64,000 nucleotides of DNA from assembly GCA_963725665.1 (NCBI GenBank), contig CAVRZA010000006.1, positions 32,001 through 96,000 of the forward strand, read 5' to 3'. The stretch is from an uncultured Actinomycetes bacterium. Lineage in GTDB: Bacteria; Actinomycetota; Thermoleophilia; UBA2241. Of this stretch, positions 52,784 through 63,033 are shown in pieces. Made by a program: the position numbers and the translations under genes. The notes under the pieces were generated by a model, which was given only the letters and a program-made list of their open reading frames with translations, ran no database searches and was not told where the DNA came from. Positions within the stretch are counted from its first letter, which is position 1, and every line of letters starts with the position of its first letter.

Positions 52784-53638
52784 CTATCTCTTCGCGACGC
52801 CCAGTATCTGTCTGGTCTCGTCGGGTGTGGCGGGTTCGATGTTCAGCTCCCTGGCGATGCGCACCGACCGCTCGACGAGCTGGGCGTTGCCCTCTGCCAG
52901 CACGCCCCTCGAGTAGTAGATGTTGTCCTCCAGCCCGACCCGGATCGCCCCGCCCATGACCATGCCCATCGTCGTCAGCGGCAGTTGGGCGGCCCTGGTC
53001 GCCGTCGTGTTGAAGTAGCAGTCGTCGGGCAGGAACTGATGCATCGACATCAGCGTCTCCGGGCTGGCCTCGACGGCGCCTTGATACGCCATCCCCAGCA
53101 CGAGGTTCACGTAGTACGGAGGATCGATCAGCCCCTTGTCTATCAGGTTGCGCACGTCCCGATACATGCTCTGGGAGTAGCACTCCATCTCGGGCTTGAT
53201 GCCGAGATCTTGCATCTTGGCGGCCCACGCCTCGATGTCTCTCGTGAGGTTGGAGAACGGCAAGCCGGCCTGGGGGCCAGTCTGGCGCATGAGCGTGCCC
53301 ATGTTGAGAGACGCCATCTCCGGTTTCGCCTCGAGGCACGCTACTCGCTCCTCGATCGTCAGGTTCGACCCGCCGCCGGTGGAGAACTGGATGATGATCT
53401 CACTGCACGCGCCGCGCACCGCGGCCATGATCTCGGCGAACTTCTCCCTGGTGCCGCAGGGCATTCCATGCTCGTCCCGGGCGTGGATATGGACGATCGC
53501 GGCGCCGGCGTCGTAGCACTCGGCCGCCGCGCGCGCGATCTCGTCCGGCTGCTCGGGGACGTTCGGGTTGTTCTCCTTGCGGACGAAGGCGCCGTTGAGG
53601 GCTGCAGTGATGATGACTTTGCCGGCGGGCAGTCTCAT
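52784..53638 (-). CDS. Beta-keto acid cleavage enzyme (BKACE/DUF849), second copy
   Basis: IITAALNG, HIHARD, STGG, KPEMECY, RVGLEDN. Confidence 0.88.
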   Translation of the reverse strand: MRLPAGKVIITAALNGAFVRKENNPNVPEQPDEIARAAAECYDAGAAIVHIHARDEHGMPCGTREKFAEIMAAVRGACSEIIIQFSTGGGSNLTIEERVACLEAKPEMASLNMGTLMRQTGPQAGLPFSNLTRDIEAWAAKMQDLGIKPEMECYSQSMYRDVRNLIDKGLIDPPYYVNLVLGMAYQGAVEASPETLMSMHQFLPDDCYFNTTATRAAQLPLTTMGMVMGGAIRVGLEDNIYYSRGVLAEGNAQLVERSVRIARELNIEPATPDETRQILGVAKR

Positions 53639-53773
53639 GAATCCCTTGTCTCCGAGCTAACGCTCTCGCAGATCACATCTCGTGCCTCCGCGAGGACATC
53701 GAAGAGAGCATCATCGCTCTCTCTCGAGATGTCCTCCCCGCTGAGCGGCACGCCAGGAACAGGTGTAGGTGAT

Positions 53774-53787
53774 GATATTCCCATACC
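53774..53787. promoter_or_regulatory. Putative IclR operator, site 4 (GATAT-TCCC-ATACC)
   Basis: Upstream of the BKACE-SDR-thiolase-moaF operon. Confidence 0.55.
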
Positions 53788-53900
53788 ACATGCTAGGACA
53801 AGCATACCGTGCCATCACGCACCCGGCGATCCCGGCCCCGGAAGCACGAAGGGACCCGAGCCGTGTCCCTCGCGTCAGGTTCGATGTCCTCAGGAGCTGA

Positions 53901-54748
53901 TTACCGCCCCGTCCCGGCATACCCGAAGAACTCGGAGAGCGACGCGGCGGTCGCCTTCACCGCGTCGGCGCAGGCCTGTCTCTCCTCGAGACCGAAGCGA
54001 CCGGTCGGGACCACGAGCCCCAGCGTGGCGATGACGTTTCCCATCTGGTCGCGGACGGGCGCGACGACGGCACACGTGCCGATGTCGCGCTCTTCGAGGT
54101 CGAACGCCACACCCTCGCTCCTGACCTTCTCCAGCTCGCGCGCGAGCTCGCGCGGGTCCGTGATCGTCCTGGGCGTGCGTCGAGCGCGCGGCTGGTTGAC
54201 AATGGCTTCTCGTTCGGCGTCCGACTTCCAGGCCGCGAACGTCTTGCCGTGGGCGTTCGCAGTGTCGCCGATGACGCGCCCGACCGCCACCTCGCGTTTG
54301 AGGGGCCGCGTCGAGGCGACCATATCGACGCAGACCGCCACTCCGTCGACCTCGACCGCCAGAGTGGCCGACTCACCGCTCGACTCAACCAGCGATTCGA
54401 GATACGGGCGTGCGATCGCCACAAGCTGGGCGTAGCCTTCGGACAGGTAGATCGCCGCCAGCAGAGCGGGGCCTAGATGGTACCTGCCGGTCACCGGATC
54501 GGTGACCAGGTAGCCCGCACCCTGCAGGGTGCGGGCCATGCGGTAGCCGGTCATGCGCGGCAGGCCCAGTCGCGCCACCATCTCGTCGAGGCTCCACTCG
54601 CGATGCTCGGCGTCGAAGAGGCCGAGCATCGCGAGCCCCTTGGCCAACGCCCGGACTACGAACGGGATCATCGCCGTCGGCGCTGCCCGACGCTGCCCCC
54701 AGCCGGCCCGCGTTTGCGCTTGCTCCTGGATCGATCCCCTTTTGCCAT
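53901..54748 (-). CDS. IclR-family regulator, paralog C (appears fused to AOR in the ORF track)
   Basis: VRALAKGL...DAEHREWSL, PRMTGYRMARTL, GESATLAVEVDG, PVRDQMG, PTGRFG; own SD GAGGAAG and ATG at 54748. Confidence 0.85.
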
Positions 54749-54763
54749 GACTTCCTCGATGTC

Positions 54764-56477
54764 CTAGCTCGGCGAACACGCTGTCGAGGTCTGCCTCGCT
54801 CACGTCGAAACGATTCCCGGTGGGCGGCAACGCCTCGTTCACCATGAAGGCCGGCAGCCTGTCGTCGGCCGCGGTGAAGCCGGCGCGACGGTTGAAGTCG
54901 CGCTCCTGCTTCACGATCTGGCTGCCCAGAACGATGAGGTAGTCCTCAGGCAGCGCTTTACCGGTGAGGGCCGCCACGGCGGAGACCAGTTGGCCCTGGA
55001 GCTCCGGCATGTCGAGCGGGGGCAGGCACGCGAACAGGCACATGCCCAAGGCATCGATCGCGGCGAAGTAGGCCTGCAGGAACTGCGACATCTGCGCCTG
55101 CCCCTCCGACGAGCTTGGGTCGTAGGCCGGGTTGGCGGGGCTGGGCAGAGCGTTGCCCGCTGTGTGGTCCCCACCCTGAGGGCTGGTCGCGTAGGTGACC
55201 CCGGTGCCCTTGAGCACCCTCGGTTCCCAGGCGGCGATCCCCTGGCCCTTGACGGCGGGTATGCGGGCGACTCCGAGCGCCGTGCCGGTGGCGACGCAGC
55301 CGTTGGCGATCAGCCTGGCGTTCTCGTCGCCGGAGGTCAGCTTGCCGAGCAGCTCGTGCACGGCAGCACCGTCGCCCCAGGGGAGCAGACCGCCCTCCAT
55401 GGCGACCCCGACCGCCGCCCCAATCTCGATGGTGTCGAGCCCGAGGTCGTCGCAGAGACGGTCGATGCGCGCCAGTTGATCGAGGTCGGTGATGGCGCAG
55501 TTCGAGCCCAGGAGCCCCAGGCTCTCGAACTCGAAGCCCGAGGTGACCTCGTTGCCGTCTTCGTCGGTGAAGACTTGGGAGCAGTTGATCACGCAGCCCG
55601 CCATGCAGCGGTGCTTGGCCTCGCTGTTCGGGCGTTCGGCCATCAGCTCCACCAGGCGCGCACCGTTGATCTTGTCTGCGCCCTCGAACTCACCGGCCGA
55701 GAAGTTCCTGGTGACCAGGCAGCCCATGGGGTTGGCGACATCCACGAGGAAGGCTGAGCCCAGCGCCTCCAAGGCCCCCACCGCCGGGTGCGAGCGGATG
55801 CCCTTCGAGAAGCTAGAGGCCGCGGCCTTCATGGCGGCCGGGTCGGCGGGCTTCACAGCACGACCGCCGGCATCGTCGATGACGATGGCCTTGAGGTTCT
55901 TGGCGCCCATGACGGCGCCCAGGCCGCCCCGGGCCGCGGCACGCAGCCGGAAGTCGGGACTCGTCACCGTGACCGACGCCGCCTTGAGCTGCAGCTCGCC
56001 CGCGGGCCCGGCACAGATGATCGACACACCTTCGCCGTAGCGCTCGCGAAGTCTCTGCACGGTGTCACGATTCCCGAGCCCCTTGAGCTCGCCGGCCGCC
56101 ACCAGCGCACCTCCGTCCGCCGCCACCTCAAGGAGGCTGAGCGAGTCGGCCCGACCCGTCACCTTGATGCCGCGCAGGTCGAGTTGGGCCATCTTGCGGG
56201 CGGCCGACCCACCTGCGTTGGCCTCTTTGATGCCGCCCGTCAGCGGGCTCTTCGCCCCGACCGAGAGCCGGCCGCTGTTGGGGATCGACGTACCGGCCAG
56301 GATGCCCGCGGCGTACACCAGGACGTTGTCGGGACCGAGCGGATCCGCCTTGGGGTCGACCTCCTGGGCCACGATGGCAGACGTAAGGCCGTGACCGCCG
56401 AGCTTCTCCAGCTCTTCGGACAGCGCCTCCCTGGTCACCGTGCCGTGGGTCAAGTCAACGTTGAGAAGGTCGGCCAT
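54764..56477 (-). CDS. aor: Aldehyde:ferredoxin oxidoreductase (tungstopterin AOR family)
   Basis: KSPLTGGIKEANAGG, GPAGE, AARGGLGAVMGAKNLKAI, CMAGCVINC, EFES, DDLGLD, GGDHT, DALGMC, DDRLP. Confidence 0.9.
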
Positions 56478-56587
56478 GGTCCATCACATCCTTCACGGAG
56501 CAGTTGGCGGCTCTTCAGTGCGTAACTTGGGCGCTGGCCTCGATGCCTGGACGCCGCAGCAATCCCGTTCGGCGCGCTGCACGCTAT

Positions 56588-56601
56588 GGTATCAGGATAT
56601 C
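56588..56601. promoter_or_regulatory. Putative IclR operator, site 5 (GGTAT-CAGG-ATATC)
   Basis: Upstream of aor. Confidence 0.55.
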
Positions 56602-56621
56602 GATTCGTGCCAACAAGGTCC

Positions 56622-57413
56622 CTACCGGCCCGTATAGGTCGGCTTCCGCTTCTCGAGGAACGCCCTGGCGCCTTCCTTCTGGTCGTCGGTGCCGAAGCAG
56701 AGGGCGAACAGGTCGCGCTCGTAGCTCATGCCGACGGAGAGCGGCGTCTCGATGCGACTTGTTGACGGCGATCTTGGCCAGCCTGAGCATCACCGGGCTG
56801 TTCCTCAGAAGATCGCCGACCAACTGCTCGGTCGCCTCCCTGCAGCTCGGCCAGCGGAACGACTCTGGTTGACGATGCCTAGGCCGAGCGCTTCGTCCGC
56901 GGACATCATGCGCCCGGTGAAGATGAGCTCCTTGGCCCTCTTCTCGCCCATCAGACGCGGCAGCATCTGCGTCCCTCCGCACCCCGGGATGACGCCCACC
57001 CGGATCTCGGGCTGACCGAACTTGGCGCTGTCTCGCGGCGATCGATCGAGTCGCACGCCAGGACCAGCTCGCACCCGCCGCCGAGAGCCAGGCCGTTCAC
57101 CGCGGCGATGACCGGCTTGGGCATCTCGCGGATCGTCTCGTACGGACGCCTTCTCGCCTTGGCGGTTATGACGTCGACGGGGTACCTCGACGGGAACTGG
57201 CTGATGTCGGCGCCGGCGCTGAAGGCCTTCTCGCCGGCGCCGGTGATCACCACCACGTACACGTCGTCGTCGAGCGCTGGCCTGTTCCAGCGCCTGCGAC
57301 GAGCTCGGCGCGCAGCTCGTCGCTCTGCGCGTTGAGCACTTCGGGCCGGTTCAGCGTGATCCACGCCGCGTGTCGGCCTTCTCGTAGATGATCGACGCGT
57401 ATTCACCGGGCAT
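56622..57413 (-). CDS. Enoyl-CoA hydratase/crotonase, frameshifted
   Basis: AFSAGADI, PVIAAVNGLALGGGCE, FGQPEIRVGVIPGCGGTQ, EKRKP. Confidence 0.88.
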
Positions 57414-57422
57414 GGGTCTCTC

Positions 57423-58624
57423 CTAGCTGTCTTCAGCTCTGATGATCGCGCGCGTTGTTGCCCGCCATGCCGTAGACCTCGGACATGCCCACCTTGGCGC
57501 CCTCGACCTGCCTCGCCCCGCACTGGCCCCTCAGCTGCAGGACCATCTCGTAGACCTGGGCGAACCCCTGGGCCATGGTGGCTTCGCCGAAGCTCGAGAA
57601 GCCCGCCGCTGGGGCAGACCGGGAGCCTGCCGCCGATCATCGTCTCGCCGCGCTCGAGCGCGAGGTGCGCGGTGCCCTCCTCGAAGAGGCCCATGGTCTC
57701 GAGGTACTGGAAGTAGTGCCACGAGCTGTTGTCGGGGACTTCGACGAAGTCGACGTCTTCCGGGCCCATGCCCGGCCTGCTCGTAGGCCGCCTTCGCCGC
57801 CACCCAGCTCTCGCTGATGATCGGCACGCCCTCCTTGGGCTGGAAGCCCAGCACCGGGATGCGGGTCGTCGGGTCGCCGTACAGCGGACTGCCCAGAGCC
57901 GCGAGCGCCGATCGTGATCGGCTTGCCGGTGTACTGCTTCGCCTTCTTGGCGCTGCACAGGATCACCGCGCCGGCCCCGTCGCTGGTGGCGCAGATCTCG
58001 TAGGAGTCGCAGCGGGTCGGTGACCATCGGCGACGCGAGGACCTCCTCGAGGGTGAACTCCTTGCGGTAGCGGGCCATCGGGTTCAGCGCGCCGTGCTTG
58101 CTGGTCGCGACCTTCACCATGGGCCAGGTGCTCGTCGGTGATGCCGTGCCTGGCCATCTTCTTGCGGCATTCGAGCGCCCAGAAGATGGGATTCGGCAGG
58201 CCCATCTGCCAGCGCATGGTGTCGTCGGACGGCACCGGCTCCTCGTGGTACGGCGGCAGGAAGGGGAAGAAGCCCTTCGCGGACTTGTCGGCGCTCACGG
58301 CGAGCACGACGTCCGCGTAGCCGGAGGCGACCATCGCCGCCGCGACGGTGATGCACGTGCCGCCGGTGGCGCAGGCGTTGTTGACGTTGATCGTGGGCAC
58401 GCCGGTGTAGCCCATCACCTCGTCGAAGTAGTTGCCCGAGTAGATGCCCTTGCGACCTCCCCAGTTCTGCGAGCCGGAGACGACCGCCTGGACGTCCTTC
58501 CAGCGGATCGCCGGCGTCGGCCAGGGCCTCGTTGGCGGCGTCCGCACGCCATGTGGGTCCAGAACTTCTCGGGGAACTTGCCCCACGGATGCAGCCCGAC
58601 GCCGATGATCGCGATCTCTTCCAC
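57423..58624 (-). CDS. SCP-x/Ltp-type thiolase-family protein, frameshifted
   Basis: IIGVGLHPWGK, VNNACATGG, NPMARYRK, SDGAGA, EVPDNSS, CPSGG. Confidence 0.8.
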
Positions 58625-58663
58625 TGTCCGTCTCCCTTACGAAAGCCGAGCCGCGGGAGGCGC

Positions 58664-59095
58664 TCAGACGCTCTTGAACTTCCAGCCGACGAGCTCCTCG
58701 CCCTTCTTCGTTCGTGTAGAGCACGGGACGACGGTCTTGACTTCCATGCCGATGGAGACGTCGGCGGGAGCGCAGTCCTCCATCATGCCGATGATGTGGA
58801 TGCCTTCGGGCAGTTCCGACCGCGACCACGGGGATCGGCTCGGTAGTCCTTCGACGCCACGTAGGGCGGCGGCGGCGGATAGCTCATGGCTGAGTAGTGT
58901 CGAGACCGTGCCGGTCGGGACTGAGGGGGACGTCTTCGACGTCCCTGGCCTCGCACTCCGGGTTGTGGCAGGTGAAGGTCCTGCGGGAAGAAGTAGTCGC
59001 CGCACGACTTGCAGTGCGTGCCGATGAGATGGCCGTCACCCAGCTCCGGAGATGAACAACCCCTCCCCCAGCAGCACTCGCTTGATCTCCGTCAT
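58664..59095 (-). CDS. DUF35 Zn-ribbon/OB-fold thiolase partner, frameshifted
   Basis: GTHCKSCGDYFFP...CHNPEC, ELPEG..IIG, IGMEV; adjacent to the Ltp-type thiolase. Confidence 0.8.
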
Positions 59096-59135
59096 GTGTG
59101 ACTCCCTCCGTATCGCAGCTGCAGTGGCGAGCTTC

Positions 59136-60356
59136 TCAGTCGACGACGCGACTCCTCTCGGAGCCGGGGATCTCGTCGGGGCCGTAGCCGAGCTCCGACG
59201 AGGATCTCCTCGGTCTGCTCGCCCAGTCGAGGCGTCGGCGACTTGATCGACGACAGGCGCCTCGCAGAACTTGGTCGGTGCGTTGATCGACCTGATGCGG
59301 CCGAGATCGGGCTGATCGACCTCGACGAAGAAGTCGTTGATCGAGGGCCTGCGGGTCGTCGATCACGTCGAGCGGGCGAGAGGATCGGCCCGTACATGAG
59401 GTTCTCGCCGCGTCAGTCGCGTCTCCCACTCGGCGTACGTGCGCGGCAGGAGAAGACCTCGTTCAGCAGCGGCGACAGCACGTCGCGATGCTCCTGTCGC
59501 ATGTCCGTCGTCGCGAAGCGCGGGATCCTCCGCCAGGTCCGGCCTCTCCATGGCGCGGCAGAACGCGGTCCAGAACGCGCTGCCGGAGGGATCGGCGGCC
59601 TTGGCATAACGATCGGCCGCCGTGAGCTGCAGCCAGCGCCCGTCTTTGCACTGGTAGACGTCGTAGAAGGGGTTGTCGGACTTGGACGGGTCCACTCGCC
59701 TCAGAGGCAGGCCGAAGAGCGCGTCCATGACGTCGGCGCCCACCATCCACACGCCGGTGTGGTACAGGTTGAACTCGACCTTCTGGCCCTCGCCCGTCCG
59801 CTCCCGGTGGTAGAGCGCCGCCGCGATGCCGCCGAAGATCTGCATCGACGAGACGCTGTCGATGATGCCGGGGCGGGAGGCCGGTGGAGGAGTGCCCGGG
59901 GCGCTCAGCATGTCCTGGATCCCCGAGCGCGCCCAGCCGGCGGCGAAGTCGTAGCCGGCCATGTCCTTGTCGGGTCCGATGGTCCCGTACGCCGACACGA
60001 TCCCGTAGATGATCCTCGGGTTGATCTCGCGGAGGGTCTCGTAGTCCAGCCCAGCCGCTCGAGAGAGCCGGCCTGGTAGTTGGTCAGGAACACGTCGTGA
60101 CTCGCGCACGAGCTTGTACACGATGTCCTTGCCGGCCTCCTGCTTCAGGTTGACGGCGATGCTCTTCTTGCTGCGATTGTGCAGGTAGAACCCGGGATTG
60201 ACGTCGGTCCCGCGGAACGTGCGTGACTGGTCGCCGGTGAGCGGCTCGACCTTGATGACCTGCGGCGCCGCAGTCCCCCATCATCGAGGAGGCCGCCGGG
60301 ACCGCCACCACGTGCCCCATCTCGATGATCCTCACGCCCTCTAGTATGTCTGCCAT
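59136..60356 (-). CDS. CaiB/BaiF family III CoA-transferase, frameshifted
   Basis: LEGVRIIEMGHVVAVP, IKVEP..GD, NRSKKSI, NPRIIY, GYD, LGEQTEEIL. Confidence 0.88.
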
Positions 60357-60499
60357 GCGTCCCTCCGTAGTGTGGCAGCAGGATCCCTGCGATCGAACGT
60401 GATCACGTCCCGCGTGACGCGCGGCCGCTGAGTCGTTACGGCGCGCAGCCTCCCCACGCCGACGTGGTCTCCCGCACGCGGACGCGTCTGCTCGATAAT

Positions 60500-60513
60500 G
60501 GTATGTGCATATC
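60500..60513. promoter_or_regulatory. Putative IclR operator, site 6 (GGTAT-GTGC-ATATC)
   Basis: Upstream of the CoA-transferase/DUF35/thiolase/crotonase operon. Confidence 0.55.
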
Positions 60514-60666
60514 ATATCGCAACAGAGGGATGCTACAAACAGCTCGCGCGAGTCCGGTCGACTCCACGCCGGTGAGGGCACGCGCAGGCGCAGTCGAGCT
60601 GTGCGTACCTTCGAGCGGGCGGGCGCAGCCGGTCTGCGACGACGACGTGCGAGCGGGCCAGCGGGC

Positions 60667-61464
60667 TCAGTCGACCGGCAGCCCGAAGAAGTCGCGCGGG
60701 TTCTCCCAGCAGACCTCGTCGATCGTGGTCTCTGTCGAGACCCATCAGGCGCATGGCGAGCATCACGCGCGGCACCATGAAGTAGTCGTTGCCCTGGCCG
60801 CCGAGCTCGGAGTTGATGAGGATCCTGCTCGCGCCCGTCGGGGTTGTCGATCACGAAGCGCGCGGCCGCCTCGGGCGGCATCTTGTCCCAGCAGATGGAG
60901 AGGCCCACCATGGCGCCGGTCCCCATGCGGAAGTCGAGCGTCTCCTCGCCGGCGTGGTCGAACACGCAGCGCTCCACCGGGAAGCCCTCCTCCTCGATGA
61001 TCTCCAGGACCCTGGGCGTGACGGTCTGACCCTGCGGCGCCAGGCGGATCGGCGTGTGCAGGATCACCGGCAGGTCGTTGGCCTTGGCGAGGCGCAGGTG
61101 CTCGCGGAAGAGGTCCTCCTCGAACTGGGTCGCGCAGTCGAGGCCGATCTCGCCTATGGCCACGACGCGCTCGTGCTCCAGGAAGTCGGGCAGCTTGGCG
61201 AGGCACGTCTCGGCGTCGGCGTGGTTGACGCCGAAGAAGGGCACCGAGAGAGAGGCGAACGCCTCGAAGCCGAGCGTCTTGGCCGTGTTGACCTCCATGG
61301 TGAGGAAGCGCTCCCAGAGGAGCAGCACGGTGTCGGCGTCGTGGCGTGCCGAGGAACATGTGCGGGCTGGGGATCACCGCCGCATCCATGCCCATCATGA
61401 CCAGCTTCTGGAGCTGGACGTCCTCGATCATGTCGGTGTGCAGATGCGAGTCGATGAACCTCAC
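60667..61464 (-). CDS. TatD-family metallohydrolase, frameshifted
   Basis: FIDSHLH, GVNH, AIGEIGLD, PVILHTP, FDH, NPRDFFGL. Confidence 0.82.
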
Positions 61465-61489
61465 GTGAAGCACCTCCCTCGACCGTAGC

Positions 61490-63005
61490 CTACGACGTTC
61501 CGCCCGTTCGACCACGCGGCGCGAGCGCCGCCGACGCGCTGCCCCGTCGGCCAGGCGGCGCGAGCGCCGCTACGACGCCCCGCTTCGTTGCGGTGGCCCG
61601 TCGCCGCAGCTCGTCCCACAGACCGCGCACGTGCTCCAGCTCGGTCGCCTGCGCGCCGATGGAGACGCGGATCATCTGCCTGCCCTTGAGCACCGACGGC
61701 GTCAGGTAGTAGCGACCGCCGCGGTTGATCTCGGCGGCGATGGTCAGGTTGTGCGCCGCCAGCGCCGGCTCGTCGCCGCGCAACCTTTCGGGCACGTGAC
61801 GCAGGCAGACGGTCTGCAGGGGGACCGGCGCGAGGCGCTCCCAGTCGCGGCTCTGCGTCGACCTGCTCCTTGAGCCACTGCGCGTTGGCGACGTCGCGGC
61901 GCAGCCGAGCCTGCAGCCCCTCCACGCCGTGCTCCCTGATGAGGAACCAGAGCTTGAGGGCGCGGAATCGGCGCCCGAGCGGGATGCCCCAGTCGCGCAG
62001 ATTGCGCGCCACGCCGTCGTGCGCCGTGCGCAGGTAGCTGGGGTCGGTGCTCATGACCCGCACGAGGTGCTCGGAGTCGCGTACGTAGTAGGCGGAGAGG
62101 TCGAAGGCGGTGCCCAGCCACTTGTGCGGGTTGAACACCAGCGAGTCGGCCGCCTCGACGCCGCGCCACATCCAGCGGAACTCGGGACAGATCATGGCCG
62201 AGCCGGCGAGGGCGGCGTCGACGTGCAGCCACATGCCGTGGCGCCGGGCGACGGCGGCGATGTCGGCCACGGGATCGAGGGCGGTCGTGGCCGTCGTTCC
62301 GACGGTGGCCACGACCGCACACGGGCGTCGACCCGCCTCGAGGTCGGCGGTCACGGCGGCCTCGAGGAGGTCGACGCGCAGGGCGTGCTCGTCGTCGGTC
62401 GCGACGAGACGCAGGTGGTCGCGACCGAAGCCGGCCAGCAGGGCGGCCTTGGGGATCGAGCTGTGCGCCTGGTCGGAGGCGTACACGACGAGCGGCGGCC
62501 CCTCGCCTTGCAGGCCGCCGCTCTCCTGACCGAAGTCGGTTGCCCGCTCGCGCGCGCACAGGAGGGCGCACAACGTACAGGTGCTGGCGGTGTCCTGGAT
62601 CACGCCGCTGAACGTCTCGGGCAGGCCGACCATCTGACGCAGCCACTCCATGACCACGTTCTCGACTTCGGTGGCCGCCGGGCTCGTCTGCCAGCTCATG
62701 CCCTGACTGCCGAGCCCGGTCGAGACGAGGTCGGCGAGCACCGACGAGAGGTCGGCGTTGGAGGGAAAGTAGGCGAAGAAGCCGGGGTGGTTCCAGTGGG
62801 TGATCCCCGGCAGCACCAGGCGTTCGAGGTCGGCGACGATCGACTCGAACCCCTCAGGCCGCAGCGGTGGCTCGGCGGCGAACAGCGCCTCGAGGTCCCC
62901 CGGCTCGACGCGGCTCATCACGGGGTACTGCTCGATGCGCTCGCGGTAGTCGGCGATCCACTCGACCAGCTCGTGACCGAGACGGCGGAACTCCTCGGGG
63001 TCCAT
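61490..63005 (-). CDS. Group II PLP decarboxylase, aromatic-L-amino-acid (DOPA) decarboxylase-like; frameshift near 61850, end approximate
   Basis: MDPEEFRRLG, PGITHWNHPGFFAYFP, SWQTSPAATEVE, AHSS, HVDAA, NPHKW (PLP Lys), DWGIPLGRRFRALKLW. Confidence 0.9.
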
Positions 63006-63033
63006 CCCTGCCTCCCTTGCGCCCGGTACCGGG

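Noticed and set aside
53901-56477. Apparent 858-aa AOR-IclR fusion protein
   Set aside because: An off-frame TAG sits at the normal AOR end (54764), followed by an SD and ATG (54748). Removing one C at GATCCCG restores the DP..VRAL start seen in paralog A. Given the indel rate, an artefact is more likely. Accurate reads would settle it.
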